This document shows positions 30,484-40,195 of a stretch of 64,000 nt of DNA, one piece after another; within the stretch, counting starts at the first letter, position 1; each line of letters opens with the position of its first letter. Both the position numbers and the translations under genes were made by a program. Source of the DNA: an uncultured Planctomycetaceae bacterium (lineage in GTDB: Bacteria; Planctomycetota; Planctomycetia; Isosphaerales; Isosphaeraceae). The stretch is from NCBI GenBank assembly GCA_963833985.1, contig CAWIAD010000001.1:1376001-1440000 (forward strand). The letters run 5' to 3'. Below the pieces are notes generated by a model that worked only from the letters and a program-made list of their open reading frames with translations, had not been told where the DNA came from and did no database searches.

Positions 30484-31329
30484 ATGAAACTCAATGTTGG
30501 CTACGACATCGTGTACGATTGCCCGAAACCCACTCCCATGATCTTGACGCTGAGCATTCACTATTCTCGCGTGTCCGACCTGCTGAGACCCGACACGCTC
30601 GTCATCAACCCGTCCGCCCCGATCAAGGCATACCGCGACGGGTTTGGCAACTGGTGCAGCCGGATCGTCGCTCCGAAGGGGGAAATCCAGCTCAAGGCTG
30701 ATTCGATCGTCAGCGACCCAGGGACGACCGACCGCATCGAAAAGGGGGCACAGCAGCACGCGGTCCACGACCTGCCCGAGGAGACCTTGATGTACCTTCT
30801 GGGGAGTCGCTATTGCGAGACCGACAGCCTGTCGGAGACGGCCTGGACGCTCTTCGAAAAGACACCCGCCGGATGGGGTCGCGTTCAGGCTATCTGTGAT
30901 TTCGTCCACCAGCATATCCAGTTCGGCTACGAGCACGCGCGGCCAACAAGGACCGCACTTGGAGCGTATCGCGAGCGCCACGGAGTCTGTCGAGATTTCG
31001 CCCACCTGGCGATCGCCTTTTGTCGCTGCATGAATATCCCCGCGCGCTATTGCACCGGGTATCTCGGCGATATCGGCGTACCGCCGTCCCAGGCCCCCAT
31101 GGACTTCCACGCTTGGTTCGAGGCATTCCTCGGCGGTCAGTGGCACATCTTCGACTCCCGCAATAATGTCCCGCGGATCGGTCGCGTCTTGATCGCGCAA
31201 GGCCGAGACGCTTCCGATGTGGCGATCAGCACGACATTCGGTCCGTGCACGCTGAAATCATTCCGGGTCTGGACCGACGAACTCATCGCACCCGAACAAT
31301 CCTCGCCCCGAACGCCTGCACTTCAATAG
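30484..31329 (+). CDS. Transglutaminase-family protein
   Basis: YRDGFGN, GSRYCETD, GVCRDFAHL, DFHAWFEAFLGG.W. Confidence 0.9.
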   Translation: MKLNVGYDIVYDCPKPTPMILTLSIHYSRVSDLLRPDTLVINPSAPIKAYRDGFGNWCSRIVAPKGEIQLKADSIVSDPGTTDRIEKGAQQHAVHDLPEETLMYLLGSRYCETDSLSETAWTLFEKTPAGWGRVQAICDFVHQHIQFGYEHARPTRTALGAYRERHGVCRDFAHLAIAFCRCMNIPARYCTGYLGDIGVPPSQAPMDFHAWFEAFLGGQWHIFDSRNNVPRIGRVLIAQGRDASDVAISTTFGPCTLKSFRVWTDELIAPEQSSPRTPALQ

Positions 31330-32654
31330 CCGCATCGCTTCCGGCCGGTTTGGTGACACCGCCACCGATCAAGTCGTCAAGCTGGTAGGATCGCCAGGCA
31401 CCTCCGTCGATTGGCATTGTTAATGTTCTCGGCTTGTCCGAGCCGTTGAGGACCACCAAGATGCGGTCGTCAGCCAATGTGCGGAGAAACCCATAGGTTG
31501 CATCGCGAGAGAAAACCTCGACGAAGTTCCCCCTCCGCAGTGCGGGTTCGCGCTTGCGGAGAGCGATGACGCGCCTTCACGTCCTTCAAGAACAACGAGT
31601 CCTGCCTATCGGCCGGAAACGCCGCTCCCACGTCATGGAAGGCAATTCCCAGCTCATTTCCAGCGTAGAGCAGTGGGACCCTGTCAAGCATGAGTTGGTA
31701 TGTCAGCGCAAGCCGGGTTCGCCTTGCCTTTGGTTCCTTGGCGATTGATGCGAACGCGTTTTCGTAATTGTCGATCGGCGCCATCATCGTCCGTGGATAG
31801 GGATAGAACTGCTTTGCTTCCCTGGCAATAAACGAGAGCTTGCCAACGTCTTCATCCTTGCCAAACACGTCACGGACCGTCATGGCACTAAAGTCGTAGG
31901 CGCCGTCAAAACCGGCCTCAGTCACGAACTCGCCGATCTTTTTCGGAATGATCGTAAGCTCGGGCAAGAGCAGGAAATCCTTTTCTGGTGGTGCCGACTT
32001 GAGCTCGGAAACAAAGCGTTTCCAGAACGAGACCGGTTGAAGATGAGCAGAATCGAGACGGAAACCGTCGCAGTCCGATCGCTCCTTCCAGCGCTTGGAG
32101 ACGCCGATCAGGTAGTCCGCAACCTCGGGATTCTCGACCTTCCAGCGGCGGGCTCCGTACTCGGTAGGAGCGGCAAACCAATCCCGCTTGGCCGGATCGA
32201 CCAGGAACGGGTGCTCGAACCCGGGCATCGCAAGAGGCATGTCGAGAATTACATGCATGTTGCGAGTATGGGCCGCGTCGACGAGCACGCGCAGAGTCGC
32301 GTTGTCGCCAAAGTTCTTATCAACGTGTTCGTAGTTTTTCGGGCGATAACCAGTCGGTAGAAACTTGCCGACTGGGCTCTCGTCGTTTTGCATGATGGGG
32401 TAAAGCAAGAGTGTGGTGACGCCCAGGTCCGTCAGGTCATCGAGCTTGGCGATCACACCCTTCAAGTCGCCTCCCCAGTAACCGCCCTCATAGCTTTCGC
32501 GATCCCTGAGAAAACGGTCGCGCATGATGTCATTCGCGTGGTCTCCATCGAAAAACCTCTCGACGATGACGACATAGACGATCTCGTCTTCCCAGCGCCG
32601 CGCCTTGTCGCTGGCAAGAGGCAAGGCCAGACTTGCTAACAACGCGAGATTCAT
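31283..32654 (-). CDS. Secreted GH13 alpha-amylase-family protein (frameshift near 31570)
   Basis: RFFDGD, GGDLKGVIAKLD.L..LGVT, DGFRLDSA, PLLYAGNELG; C-terminal beta domain in second frame. Confidence 0.82.
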
Positions 32655-32908
32655 CGCCAATCACACCGTCCCAATCTTGGCCGGAACTCCTCAGATGAGG
32701 AGGTCCGACTCGGTAGCTGGCATCAAATGGTTGATTGGAACTCAGGACAGAAGTGAGCAGAGCACCCGATTCAAGGCATTTCCATGGCCCTCTCGATCTT
32801 GCGCGAGGGCGGCCTCGACAGCTCTCCGGCGTCGCGTTCTGTCCGGCTGCTACGGAAAGGCCTCAAGAGAATCGCTCGGACGCTCGTGTCGAGGATGGGA
32901 CGGGACGG

Positions 32909-33375
32909 TCAAGCGCTTCGATCGGCGGAGGCCTTGACATCGTCGAGGGCCTGCAGGAGCGGCTCGCGGTGCAGATCGTCCGCCGCGACCTCAATCTCGC
33001 GAGCCAGGTCCCGTCCAAGGTTCGCCGCGGCAAGATCGGGCGATTCGCCATGCGACCGGAGTCGGGAATGCTGCGGTGATGAACCTGGACCGAATGGGCC
33101 GTGGCACCGGCCGTGACGATCACCTGGCTCGGGTCGGCCGCCCCTGGGGTCTCCTGCGTCCGGATGTCCTCTCCCCCGCACTTCGGAGACGTGATGGGCA
33201 GCGGTAATTCGGACTGGACAATCTCCATGGTGACGACCGGCGCCTTGTCGGGACGCTGCTGGCTGGTATCCGCCGGGCCAGCCCCGCCCTCGTCCTCGAA
33301 GCGGTCGATTCCTTGCGGAACAGGTTTGGTGGCCGCGGCGATAAATCGCGGCTCAGACGCAGCTTGATTGTTCAT
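32909..33375 (-). CDS. Hypothetical protein (probable frameshift near 33060)
   Basis: AAGGAG RBS; N-terminal frame plausibly joins HGESPDLAAANL..LLQALDDVKA frame. Confidence 0.45.
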
Positions 33376-33432
33376 GGTCTGGCTCCTTTGGGATAGACTG
33401 TAACAGAATCTCTTGATTATTTCAAGTAAAAA

Positions 33433-34353
33433 TTATGTATCGACCTGATAACGCGCGAGGACGACCGTCACATTGTCGGGCCCGCCACGACGGAGGGCCA
33501 GGTCCACCAGGCGAGCGCAGGCGTCGTCGGGGTCGTGGTGGTGTTTTAAGACCTTGGCGATTGCCTCGTCGTCGACGGGCTGCGTCAAGCCGTCGGTGCA
33601 GAAGAACAAGGTGTCGCCGTCGAGCAGGGAGAGCTTGTGGATCTCGGCAAAGACGCCCTCGCTGGGGCCGCCGATGACGTTGGTCACGACGTGGCGCCGC
33701 TTGTGCCGCCTGGCCTCCTCGGGCGAAATCGAGCCGTCGTCGATCAAGGATTGGACGAGCGTGTGGTCGCTGGTCAACTGCAGCAGTTCGCCATCGCGAA
33801 ACAGGTAGGCGCGCGAGTCGCCAGCGTGGACGATATACAGGTCGGTGGCGACGCTATAGGCCATCGTCAGGGTCGTCCCCATGCCCTGGAGGGAGGGATT
33901 GCTCCGGGCGCGCTCGATCACGCTCCGATCGGCTCGTTCGAGGCTCTGGCGAAGTTCGGCCAGGAGCACGTGCTCGTCGTGGCCGCTCAGGTGGAGGAAC
34001 CACTTGAGCGTGTTCAGGACGAACTCCTCGACGCTCCCCACCGCCAGGGCGCTGGCGCGTTCCCCGGCCGCGGCGCCACCCATGCCATCGGCGACGACCA
34101 CCAGGTACCCCTCTTCCTCAGAAAGCTGCGTCTTGCCTCCTCCGGGCAGGCTGGTCTTGCACACCTGCATCGACTTGGACAGCCTGGAGATCAGAAAATG
34201 ATCCTCGTTGTTACCGCGGAGTTTGCCGGTGTTGGTCAAGCCACCGAACTTGACCCGAAACCGAGGTGGATCATGATCGGCGAGCACCTGGAACTCACCG
34301 GTCGAGTCGTCGAGCGTGGGACTGGGTTCCTGGAGCGGCATCCTCGCGGTCAT
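33433..34353 (-). CDS. PP2C-family Ser/Thr protein phosphatase
   Basis: R.NNEDH, VADGMGG, MGTTLT, HAGDSRAY, CTDGL, GGPDNVT. Confidence 0.92.
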   Translation of the reverse strand: MTARMPLQEPSPTLDDSTGEFQVLADHDPPRFRVKFGGLTNTGKLRGNNEDHFLISRLSKSMQVCKTSLPGGGKTQLSEEEGYLVVVADGMGGAAAGERASALAVGSVEEFVLNTLKWFLHLSGHDEHVLLAELRQSLERADRSVIERARSNPSLQGMGTTLTMAYSVATDLYIVHAGDSRAYLFRDGELLQLTSDHTLVQSLIDDGSISPEEARRHKRRHVVTNVIGGPSEGVFAEIHKLSLLDGDTLFFCTDGLTQPVDDEAIAKVLKHHHDPDDACARLVDLALRRGGPDNVTVVLARYQVDT

Positions 34354-34388
34354 GTTTCTGGCACCCTATCGCAATGGAACCGGTAAAT

Positions 34389-34499
34389 CTAATCGATCAA
34401 GTGTGCGAGGATATCCTTGGGTCCACGGCCCGTGAATTCCTGCTCGAATCGGCTCATCCACTTGCAGATGGCGGCTTCGATTTCCCCCTGCGTTTTCAT
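34389..34499 (-). pseudogene. Truncated DUF2294/MpsC A-type gene
   Basis: MKTQGEIEAAICKWMSRFEQEFTGRGPKDILAHLID then stop; remainder absent before PP2C start. Confidence 0.8.
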
Positions 34500-34633
34500 C
34501 ATGACCTCCGGTGCGTTCCACCTCACGGTTGAGAGGCCACGCGCTTGGCTCGCCCCGCGGTGCAACCAAGCCTGGATCGCCCGCTCTCGGGCCATTTAAG
34601 ATTGATCCTACAAGGAAACGAAAAACAATTCAC

Positions 34634-34659
34634 TTGCTATTTGCATCGCGCAGGACAAT
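34634..34659 (+). promoter_or_regulatory. Conserved promoter of leader copy 3
   Basis: TTGCTA-N14-GACAAT (short spacer). Confidence 0.45.
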
Positions 34660-34722
34660 AACGAGCTGAAGGGGTTTCATGTCATCTTGACTTGAGCTCC
34701 GGAGAGATCGTAAACGAAACAC

Positions 34723-34832
34723 CTCGGACGACTAGGTAAAGAGCAACTCGGCTGGTCCGAGAGGCTCGTTAACGAGTAAGCCGATGTGGTCGAAGCCTTC
34801 AGGGTTTTCGACCACGTCGGCTTTTTTTGTTT
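34723..34832 (+). ncRNA. Structured cis-regulatory leader, copy 3
   Basis: P2 inner stem CUCGG/CCGAG, compensatory to CCCGG/CCGGG; terminator and U7. Confidence 0.8.
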
Positions 34833-34878
34833 CGCTCACGGTGGGGCCGGAGGCCCGCAGGCACCAAGGAGGCACCGG

Positions 34879-35088
34879 ATGGAGAAGTCCAATCTGACCA
34901 TCGCTTACCAGATCGCCCGAGTGAGAAGGCCCATGGCAGAGGGGGGAAGAGGTCACGTGACCCGATGGCTGGCGGAAATCTCGGTCGAGGACACGACCGC
35001 AGCTTTGTGGATTGGGCCGTTCCGCCAGCGGCGGAGGCCATGGCCGGGAAGCCAGCCCCGAGCGGGTGTCTACCATCCTCTGATTTGA
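34879..35088 (+). pseudogene. Remnant of DUF2294 B-type 5' end fused to unrelated sequence
   Basis: Same RBS context as 39229 gene; MEKSNLTIAYQIA resembles MEEVSLTMAQRVA, then similarity stops. Confidence 0.55.
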
Positions 35089-35142
35089 AGCAATGTCGAT
35101 ACCATGTGGAGAGCAGTCCCCCTTTTTTTAAGGAGTAACCGC

Positions 35143-35346
35143 ATGAATTGGGATCAGATCACCGGCGACTGGAAGCAGTTCAAAGGCAAGGTGAGAGAGA
35201 AGTGGGGCAAGCTGACCGACGATGAGCTGACGACCATCGCCGGAAAGCGTGAGCACCTCGCCGGCCTCCTCCAGGAAAGGTACGGCTACGCCAAGGACCA
35301 GGCCGAGAAGGAACTTAACGAGTTCGCACAGAAGCTGAAGCTGTGA
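35143..35346 (+). CDS. CsbD-family protein
   Basis: MNWDQITGDWKQFKGKVREKWGKLTDDEL..LQERYGYAKD. Confidence 0.92.
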   Translation: MNWDQITGDWKQFKGKVREKWGKLTDDELTTIAGKREHLAGLLQERYGYAKDQAEKELNEFAQKLKL

Positions 35347-35405
35347 GAATCACCGACCAGGAACGAACGATCACAACCCCGATGACCCCCAAGGAGAACT
35401 GACCG

Positions 35406-35615
35406 ATGGCGACGACCACCAAGCATCCCGCTTACGAGCACCATCACCAGGCCGCAGCCCACCACGCGGCCGCCGCGCACCATCACCTGGAGGCAGCCCA
35501 TCACCACGATACGGGCGAGCACGACCAGGCCAAGAAGCACGCCGAGGCCGCGCACCACCACAGCGAGCACGGTCATAAGCACACAACCACAGCGCATCAG
35601 CACTCGAGCAAGTGA
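35406..35615 (+). CDS. Histidine-rich small protein
   Basis: 22 His in 69 aa; AAGGAG RBS; hairpin follows at 35626-35662. Confidence 0.82.
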   Translation: MATTTKHPAYEHHHQAAAHHAAAAHHHLEAAHHHDTGEHDQAKKHAEAAHHHSEHGHKHTTTAHQHSSK

Positions 35616-35844
35616 GCCTTCTGTACCGAGGGCCCGGGGCTTTCGCGCTCCGATGCCCTCGGGCAGTTGTTCAGCTCCTGCCTCAAGGGGGAAGCGAGAA
35701 TGAGCGGGGCCGGCTTTGAGAGAGGTGAAGAAGGCAAGAGAGGCGGAACGGCGACGCGCCGACTTCCCTTACCGGCATGATAGGTTCATCCCTAATTCTA
35801 ACTTTACTATAACATGTGTTCGTAACTGAGGGAATGGCGTCAAG

Positions 35845-36171
35845 ATGCAGTCCCATGTCGGCGCGAATCGTGAACCGCAAGAGGAGTGTATCGGGACGGA
35901 ATCCGAGTGTTTCGTCGCGGGTGCGATTGTGGACTCGTGGGTCGAGTCCACGAGGTCTGCGGATGCCGTTGCCCTCTTGATCCTGCAAGTTGCGCCGCGA
36001 GGGCACTCCAACGACCTGGTTATCGTTGAGGCAGAGGCTGCGCTGGTCCCCGACCGGCTCTGGCTGGAAGACCTGAGCGAGAACCTCTGCCATGGGAGAC
36101 CGGTCGTTGCGCTCGGGTCACCGCCTTTGAGTGGTTTCTTCGCGGCCACTTGGCTGCACCTGACGCGGTAG
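35845..36171 (+). CDS. Hypothetical protein
   Basis: GAGGG RBS-like and AT-rich upstream; no family recognised. Confidence 0.3.
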   Translation: MQSHVGANREPQEECIGTESECFVAGAIVDSWVESTRSADAVALLILQVAPRGHSNDLVIVEAEAALVPDRLWLEDLSENLCHGRPVVALGSPPLSGFFAATWLHLTR

Positions 36172-36894
36172 GCTCGTCTCTCCAATCCAACGCGGTGCCA
36201 TCGCTGTGCGGGGGCTTAGCCATTGGGTGCGATGATCGTGGTTCCTGCTCAAGAAAAGAGGGTGTCCCAGGGCGTCAACGAGTAGGTTTGCTGATGATCA
36301 ACTCTTGGTCTGCGAGTTACTCCTCGCCATCGAGAAGCAGAGCAAGCGTGCACGGTGGCGGGAAAATGTGCCATCGACTCCGGTGACGTCCTTCCCGAGC
36401 CGGAAGGTCGGCAACACTCATCTCCATCTCGATCACACGGCGTTTGACATGGCCGGCGTCGTCTGTTCTCTGCTGATCTACCTTCAGTATCGCTCACAGG
36501 TTCTTCCAGATTCGAATGGGAAAGTCAGGATCCATGAATCAGAGTGACAGCGTGACTTCCCCCGCGTTCAACATCTCCGCATTGTCGAGAGGGGCACGGT
36601 CGATCGGCCAGCATAATGCGATCCCCAAAGCTCGCTTCGAGCCAAGCGAATTGCAAGCATTGGGCTCTCGTGAAGAAGTTCTCGTCGTCGACGAGCGTTC
36701 CAAGTTGCGTCCATCTCAAGTGATCGAAAGCAAACTGACTCACCTGCTCAGACATTCATCGCTTCCTGTCAGCGTGCTCTTGATGAGACGGATACTGCGA
36801 GCTCGCTAAGTCTCCGCGCCTTTGCTTCTCCGCCCTCAAGTTCGACCTCGGCTGACTGTAGGTCGGGGCAATCGACCGACTCGAAAGGAAAGCA

Positions 36895-37173
36895 ATGAAG
36901 AAGCTGACTCTGCGCCCTCTGCCCGAGCGAATCACAGTCACACTGTACGGCAGTCGTGGTGGTGACAAGGCAAATGAGGGTTGGTTCTTCCTCAGTCCCG
37001 AGGAATGGAAAAAGTACAAGGTCAAGCTGGCCAACTCAACCACAGAAATGCGGACAGTTCAGCCCAAGAGTTGGCACGACATCGACGTGTACTCTCCGGA
37101 TGACTTCGACGCGGCGATCAGGGATCTTCGCGGCCAGAGATACTTCGGCGGTTGCATCATGGAACCTCTTTGA
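36895..37173 (+). CDS. Hypothetical protein
   Basis: AAAGGA RBS, protein-like composition; no family recognised. Confidence 0.5.
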   Translation: MKKLTLRPLPERITVTLYGSRGGDKANEGWFFLSPEEWKKYKVKLANSTTEMRTVQPKSWHDIDVYSPDDFDAAIRDLRGQRYFGGCIMEPL

Positions 37174-37225
37174 TTCTCAACCCCCCTATAGCCGCCCTGT
37201 ACGCGAGAGCCCTTGATCAATTCGT

Positions 37226-38452
37226 TCATCCCGCTCTTGCCGGTGGGCTCACGATGGCGTCGATGAGGTTCTGGATCACGTCACGGAGTTGCTCAGCAAG
37301 CTGGTGGCGGACTGCCTGTGGATCGTGAAGGTAGCAAGGAACAAAGCGCCCCAGGTCGATGGGATCGCCGATGCGCAGGAAGACGTCCCGCCGTGCCAGC
37401 TGGCGCGGCCGGCTGGTCCCGTAGACCTCGCGCTCCAGCTTGAGAACCATTTCGGCCAGCCGCTCTTGAGACGGATCGAGGTCGACATAATGCGGCTGCC
37501 AGCTTCCCATCTGGGCAACGCGCTTGAGATCTGCCAGGTCGTCGTGCAGCCGCGCGCGACTCTGGTCGCTGAGTTCCTTACCCTGCCTCAGCAATTGCCG
37601 AAGGAAGGAACTGAGCCGCCAGGTACGATCCATGGTCTGTGACTGGGTGCCAATGGCAGGCCGTGGGTAGAGGCCCTCCATCTCCGCGAGGACCGCCTGA
37701 CGCACGTGCTTGACGCGCTCGCTCAGCTCCGCGAGACGATCCGGATCGGGCTTGAGACGATGACTGAGCTCCTGGCGATGCAAGAGTTCGGCCACGATGA
37801 GGGCCAATCGTCGCGGGAGCGAGCCACCGGTATTGCGCTGAAAGAGAGCCTGCTCCAACAATCGGGTACGCTGCTCCAGGAGGGGGCGAATGGGCTGGCG
37901 GTAACGGTATTTGATGGCCATCGGGACCAGATGCGCCGTCCAGGTTGGCTGGGTCCGCCGCGCCTCGAGCACGGCTTGCATTCCGATATCGACAGCGCCG
38001 CTCTTGAACGGCTGTACCAGATCGTTCAGGTAATAGATTTCGCCTTCCGGGAAGATGACGAGCACCTCACGTCCCCGCTTCACCACCTCGATGGCGTAGC
38101 GCTTGGCCTCCTGGTTCTGACCCCCGCGCTCCACGGAAAAAGCGCCCAGGCGCTGGAGCCACCAGCCCGCGATTCCGTGACCTTCGTCGAACGCCTCTCG
38201 GTTCATCATGAAGAGGAACCGGCGGTTGCAGCGGCCGGAGAGTTCCAGGCAAGCCTTGAGGTCCGTTTCATCGGCGTGGTTGGAGACAAGGATCAGCCCC
38301 GCGCCCTGGGGGAGATCCCTCAATACCCGGAGGTCGCTTTGTTCAAGACGCAACCGATTCCGCCAGGCCAGATCGAGTTTGAGGTAGTTCCGAACAGCCC
38401 AGATCACCCACCCGCAAGGCGTTGCCGGTCGAAAGCTCGGGTTTTCCGACAT
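37226..38452 (-). CDS. Lysophospholipid (PlsC-like) acyltransferase
   Basis: NHADETD, GAFSVER, IFPEGE; 10 bp downstream of DUF2294. Confidence 0.88.
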   Translation of the reverse strand: MSENPSFRPATPCGWVIWAVRNYLKLDLAWRNRLRLEQSDLRVLRDLPQGAGLILVSNHADETDLKACLELSGRCNRRFLFMMNREAFDEGHGIAGWWLQRLGAFSVERGGQNQEAKRYAIEVVKRGREVLVIFPEGEIYYLNDLVQPFKSGAVDIGMQAVLEARRTQPTWTAHLVPMAIKYRYRQPIRPLLEQRTRLLEQALFQRNTGGSLPRRLALIVAELLHRQELSHRLKPDPDRLAELSERVKHVRQAVLAEMEGLYPRPAIGTQSQTMDRTWRLSSFLRQLLRQGKELSDQSRARLHDDLADLKRVAQMGSWQPHYVDLDPSQERLAEMVLKLEREVYGTSRPRQLARRDVFLRIGDPIDLGRFVPCYLHDPQAVRHQLAEQLRDVIQNLIDAIVSPPARAG

Positions 38453-38461
38453 CGCTTTCCT

Positions 38462-38851
38462 TCAGGAGTTCGACCTCTTTTTGACCTCGCGGAGAAGCGG
38501 CGACTCGGCCAGAGTGAAGATCACCACCTCTTCACCGGTCGTGGTACTGATATCGTGGTGCATGCTGAGTACCTTGATGCCGGTGCACTCTCGGATCATC
38601 GCTTCCATGAGCGGCCGCGCGGTTTCGATCAGATGCGTCCGAACTTGCTTGAGCAGGTCTCTCCCCTTCTCGGCCGGGAGAGACTTGACCAGATGCTGCT
38701 CGGCCGCGGTCAGAACGCCCTGAAGCCGGACAAGGACCAGATCATCGATCAGGTGTGTGCGAATATCCTTGGGACCGCGGCCCATGTACTCCAGCTCGAA
38801 GCGACTCATGCCCTGACAGATGGAGGCTTCGATCTCACCCTGCGTTTTCAC
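38462..38851 (-). CDS. DUF2294/MpsC-family protein (A-type)
   Basis: GTG start KTQGEIEASICQGMSRFELEYMGRGPKD; close paralog of 27448-27837. Confidence 0.88.
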   Translation of the reverse strand: MKTQGEIEASICQGMSRFELEYMGRGPKDIRTHLIDDLVLVRLQGVLTAAEQHLVKSLPAEKGRDLLKQVRTHLIETARPLMEAMIRECTGIKVLSMHHDISTTTGEEVVIFTLAESPLLREVKKRSNS

Positions 38852-38985
38852 GATGGCCTTCAACGCGTTCGATGTCGCCGGGCGGATGCCACTCGCTCGG
38901 TCCACTCCGGAGTGCAACCGAGCATCGCGCGACCCTTCTGGGCCGCTGTCACATTGATCGTACAAGAAAACACAAAAATTGTCAC

Positions 38986-39015
38986 TTGCTTTTTTCATTT
39001 CTCGCAGGCTACAGT
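38986..39015 (+). promoter_or_regulatory. Conserved promoter of leader copy 4
   Basis: TTGCTT-N18-TACAGT; upstream A-rich block shared with copy 3. Confidence 0.5.
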
Positions 39016-39074
39016 CGTTGTATAGGACTCATGTCCACATGGCAAGGGCTTCGGTCGGATCATGAGTGCAGGTT

Positions 39075-39182
39075 GTCGGACGACTAGGTGAAGGGCAACC
39101 CGGCTGGTCCGGGGGGCTCGTTAACAAGTAAGCCGACGTGGTCGAATACCTGAGGGTGTTTGATCACGTCGGCATTTTTTTT
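39075..39182 (+). ncRNA. Structured cis-regulatory leader, copy 4
   Basis: GUCGG-ACG-ACU...AGU-AAG-CCGAC P1; P2 hairpin; long terminator stem and U8. Confidence 0.82.
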
Positions 39183-39228
39183 CGCTTGCGGTGACACCCG
39201 GCGGTCGCAGGCACCAAGGAGGCACCGG

Positions 39229-39648
39229 ATGGAAGAGGTCAGTCTGACCATGGCACAGCGGGTTGCCGAAGTAGCAGCCGCTTTCGAAAAGCAGCGAACA
39301 GGCCACGTGCCGCAGGCGGTGACGGTTGTTCTGGGCGACGAGACCTTGGTTATCACCCTGCACGGAGCCTTGTCGCCAGCCGAGCGTGCGCTTGCCCAGA
39401 CACCGGAGGGAGCCGCACAGGTGCAGGAGTTTCACCGCCAGTTGTTCAACGACTCCGCCGACGGGCTGCGGCAGGAGATCAAACGGATCACGGGAGTCGA
39501 GGTGCGCGAAGCCAGGGCGGAAATCGAAACGAAGACGGGCACCGTGGTGCAAGTCTTCACGACCGGCACTGTGGTGCAAGTATTCTTGCTCGCCAGTGGC
39601 ATATCCACGGAGACCTGGAACGGAACTGGGACTGTCAAGGCGTCATGA
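39229..39648 (+). CDS. DUF2294/MpsC-family protein (B-type)
   Basis: FEKQRTGHVPQAVTV, LVITLHGALSPAE, IKRITGVEV; AAGGAGG RBS. Confidence 0.8.
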   Translation: MEEVSLTMAQRVAEVAAAFEKQRTGHVPQAVTVVLGDETLVITLHGALSPAERALAQTPEGAAQVQEFHRQLFNDSADGLRQEIKRITGVEVREARAEIETKTGTVVQVFTTGTVVQVFLLASGISTETWNGTGTVKAS

Positions 39649-39664
39649 GCACGGAGGAGATTGC

Positions 39665-39892
39665 ATGCTGATCTTGTCGAGAAAACCACTGGAATCGGTT
39701 GTGGTCGGCGGTGCTGTCGGCTTCGAGCGCGTGCTCAAGATCACGGTACTCGAGCTCAGTGGCGGTCGCGTGCGACTTGGCTTCGAGGCCGACTCGTCCG
39801 TTCCCGTCCATCGCTGGGAGGTGTGGGAAAAGATCCGCGCTCGAGGCCAACCGGAGAGCCCTCTGGAGGAACCCACGGCGCCGGCGGTCTGA
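39665..39892 (+). CDS. csrA: Carbon storage regulator CsrA homolog
   Basis: MLILSRKPLESVVVG..KITVL..GRVRLGFEA..VPVHRWEV; GGAGGAG RBS. Confidence 0.85.
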   Translation: MLILSRKPLESVVVGGAVGFERVLKITVLELSGGRVRLGFEADSSVPVHRWEVWEKIRARGQPESPLEEPTAPAV

Positions 39893-39976
39893 TGAGGAAC
39901 CGAATGGCGCGGCGATCAGAAGCTCTGACCGCACTGTCCTCACCAGGTGAACCTTGAGATGAAGGAGAACTTGATC

Positions 39977-40153
39977 ATGTTACGCTTTGCTGTAGTTTTC
40001 ATCGTGATCGCACTGATCGCTGGGCTTCTCGGCTTCGTTGGAGTCGCAGGGCACGCATGGGAAGGGGCGAAGATCCTCTTCTTCGTTTTCCTCGTACTCG
40101 CGGTGCTGTCCCTCTTGGTGCACGGGTCGCGCAGGCGAACTTTCGTGGGTTGA
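39977..40153 (+). CDS. DUF1328 (YtjA-like) small membrane protein
   Basis: MLRFAVVFIVIALIAGLLGF..AKILFFVFLVL. Confidence 0.88.
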   Translation: MLRFAVVFIVIALIAGLLGFVGVAGHAWEGAKILFFVFLVLAVLSLLVHGSRRRTFVG

Positions 40154-40195
40154 GTGGTTCGTATCACGATCGAGAACATTCTCTGGAGGTGACTC

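Noticed and set aside
39075..39182. Leader as c-di-GMP-I, SAM-I or T-box because of GGGCAACC
   Set aside because: Lacks the GNRA/receptor and GCAAAG of c-di-GMP-I, the AUC..GAG core of SAM-I and the UGGNACC T-box; judged by eye only
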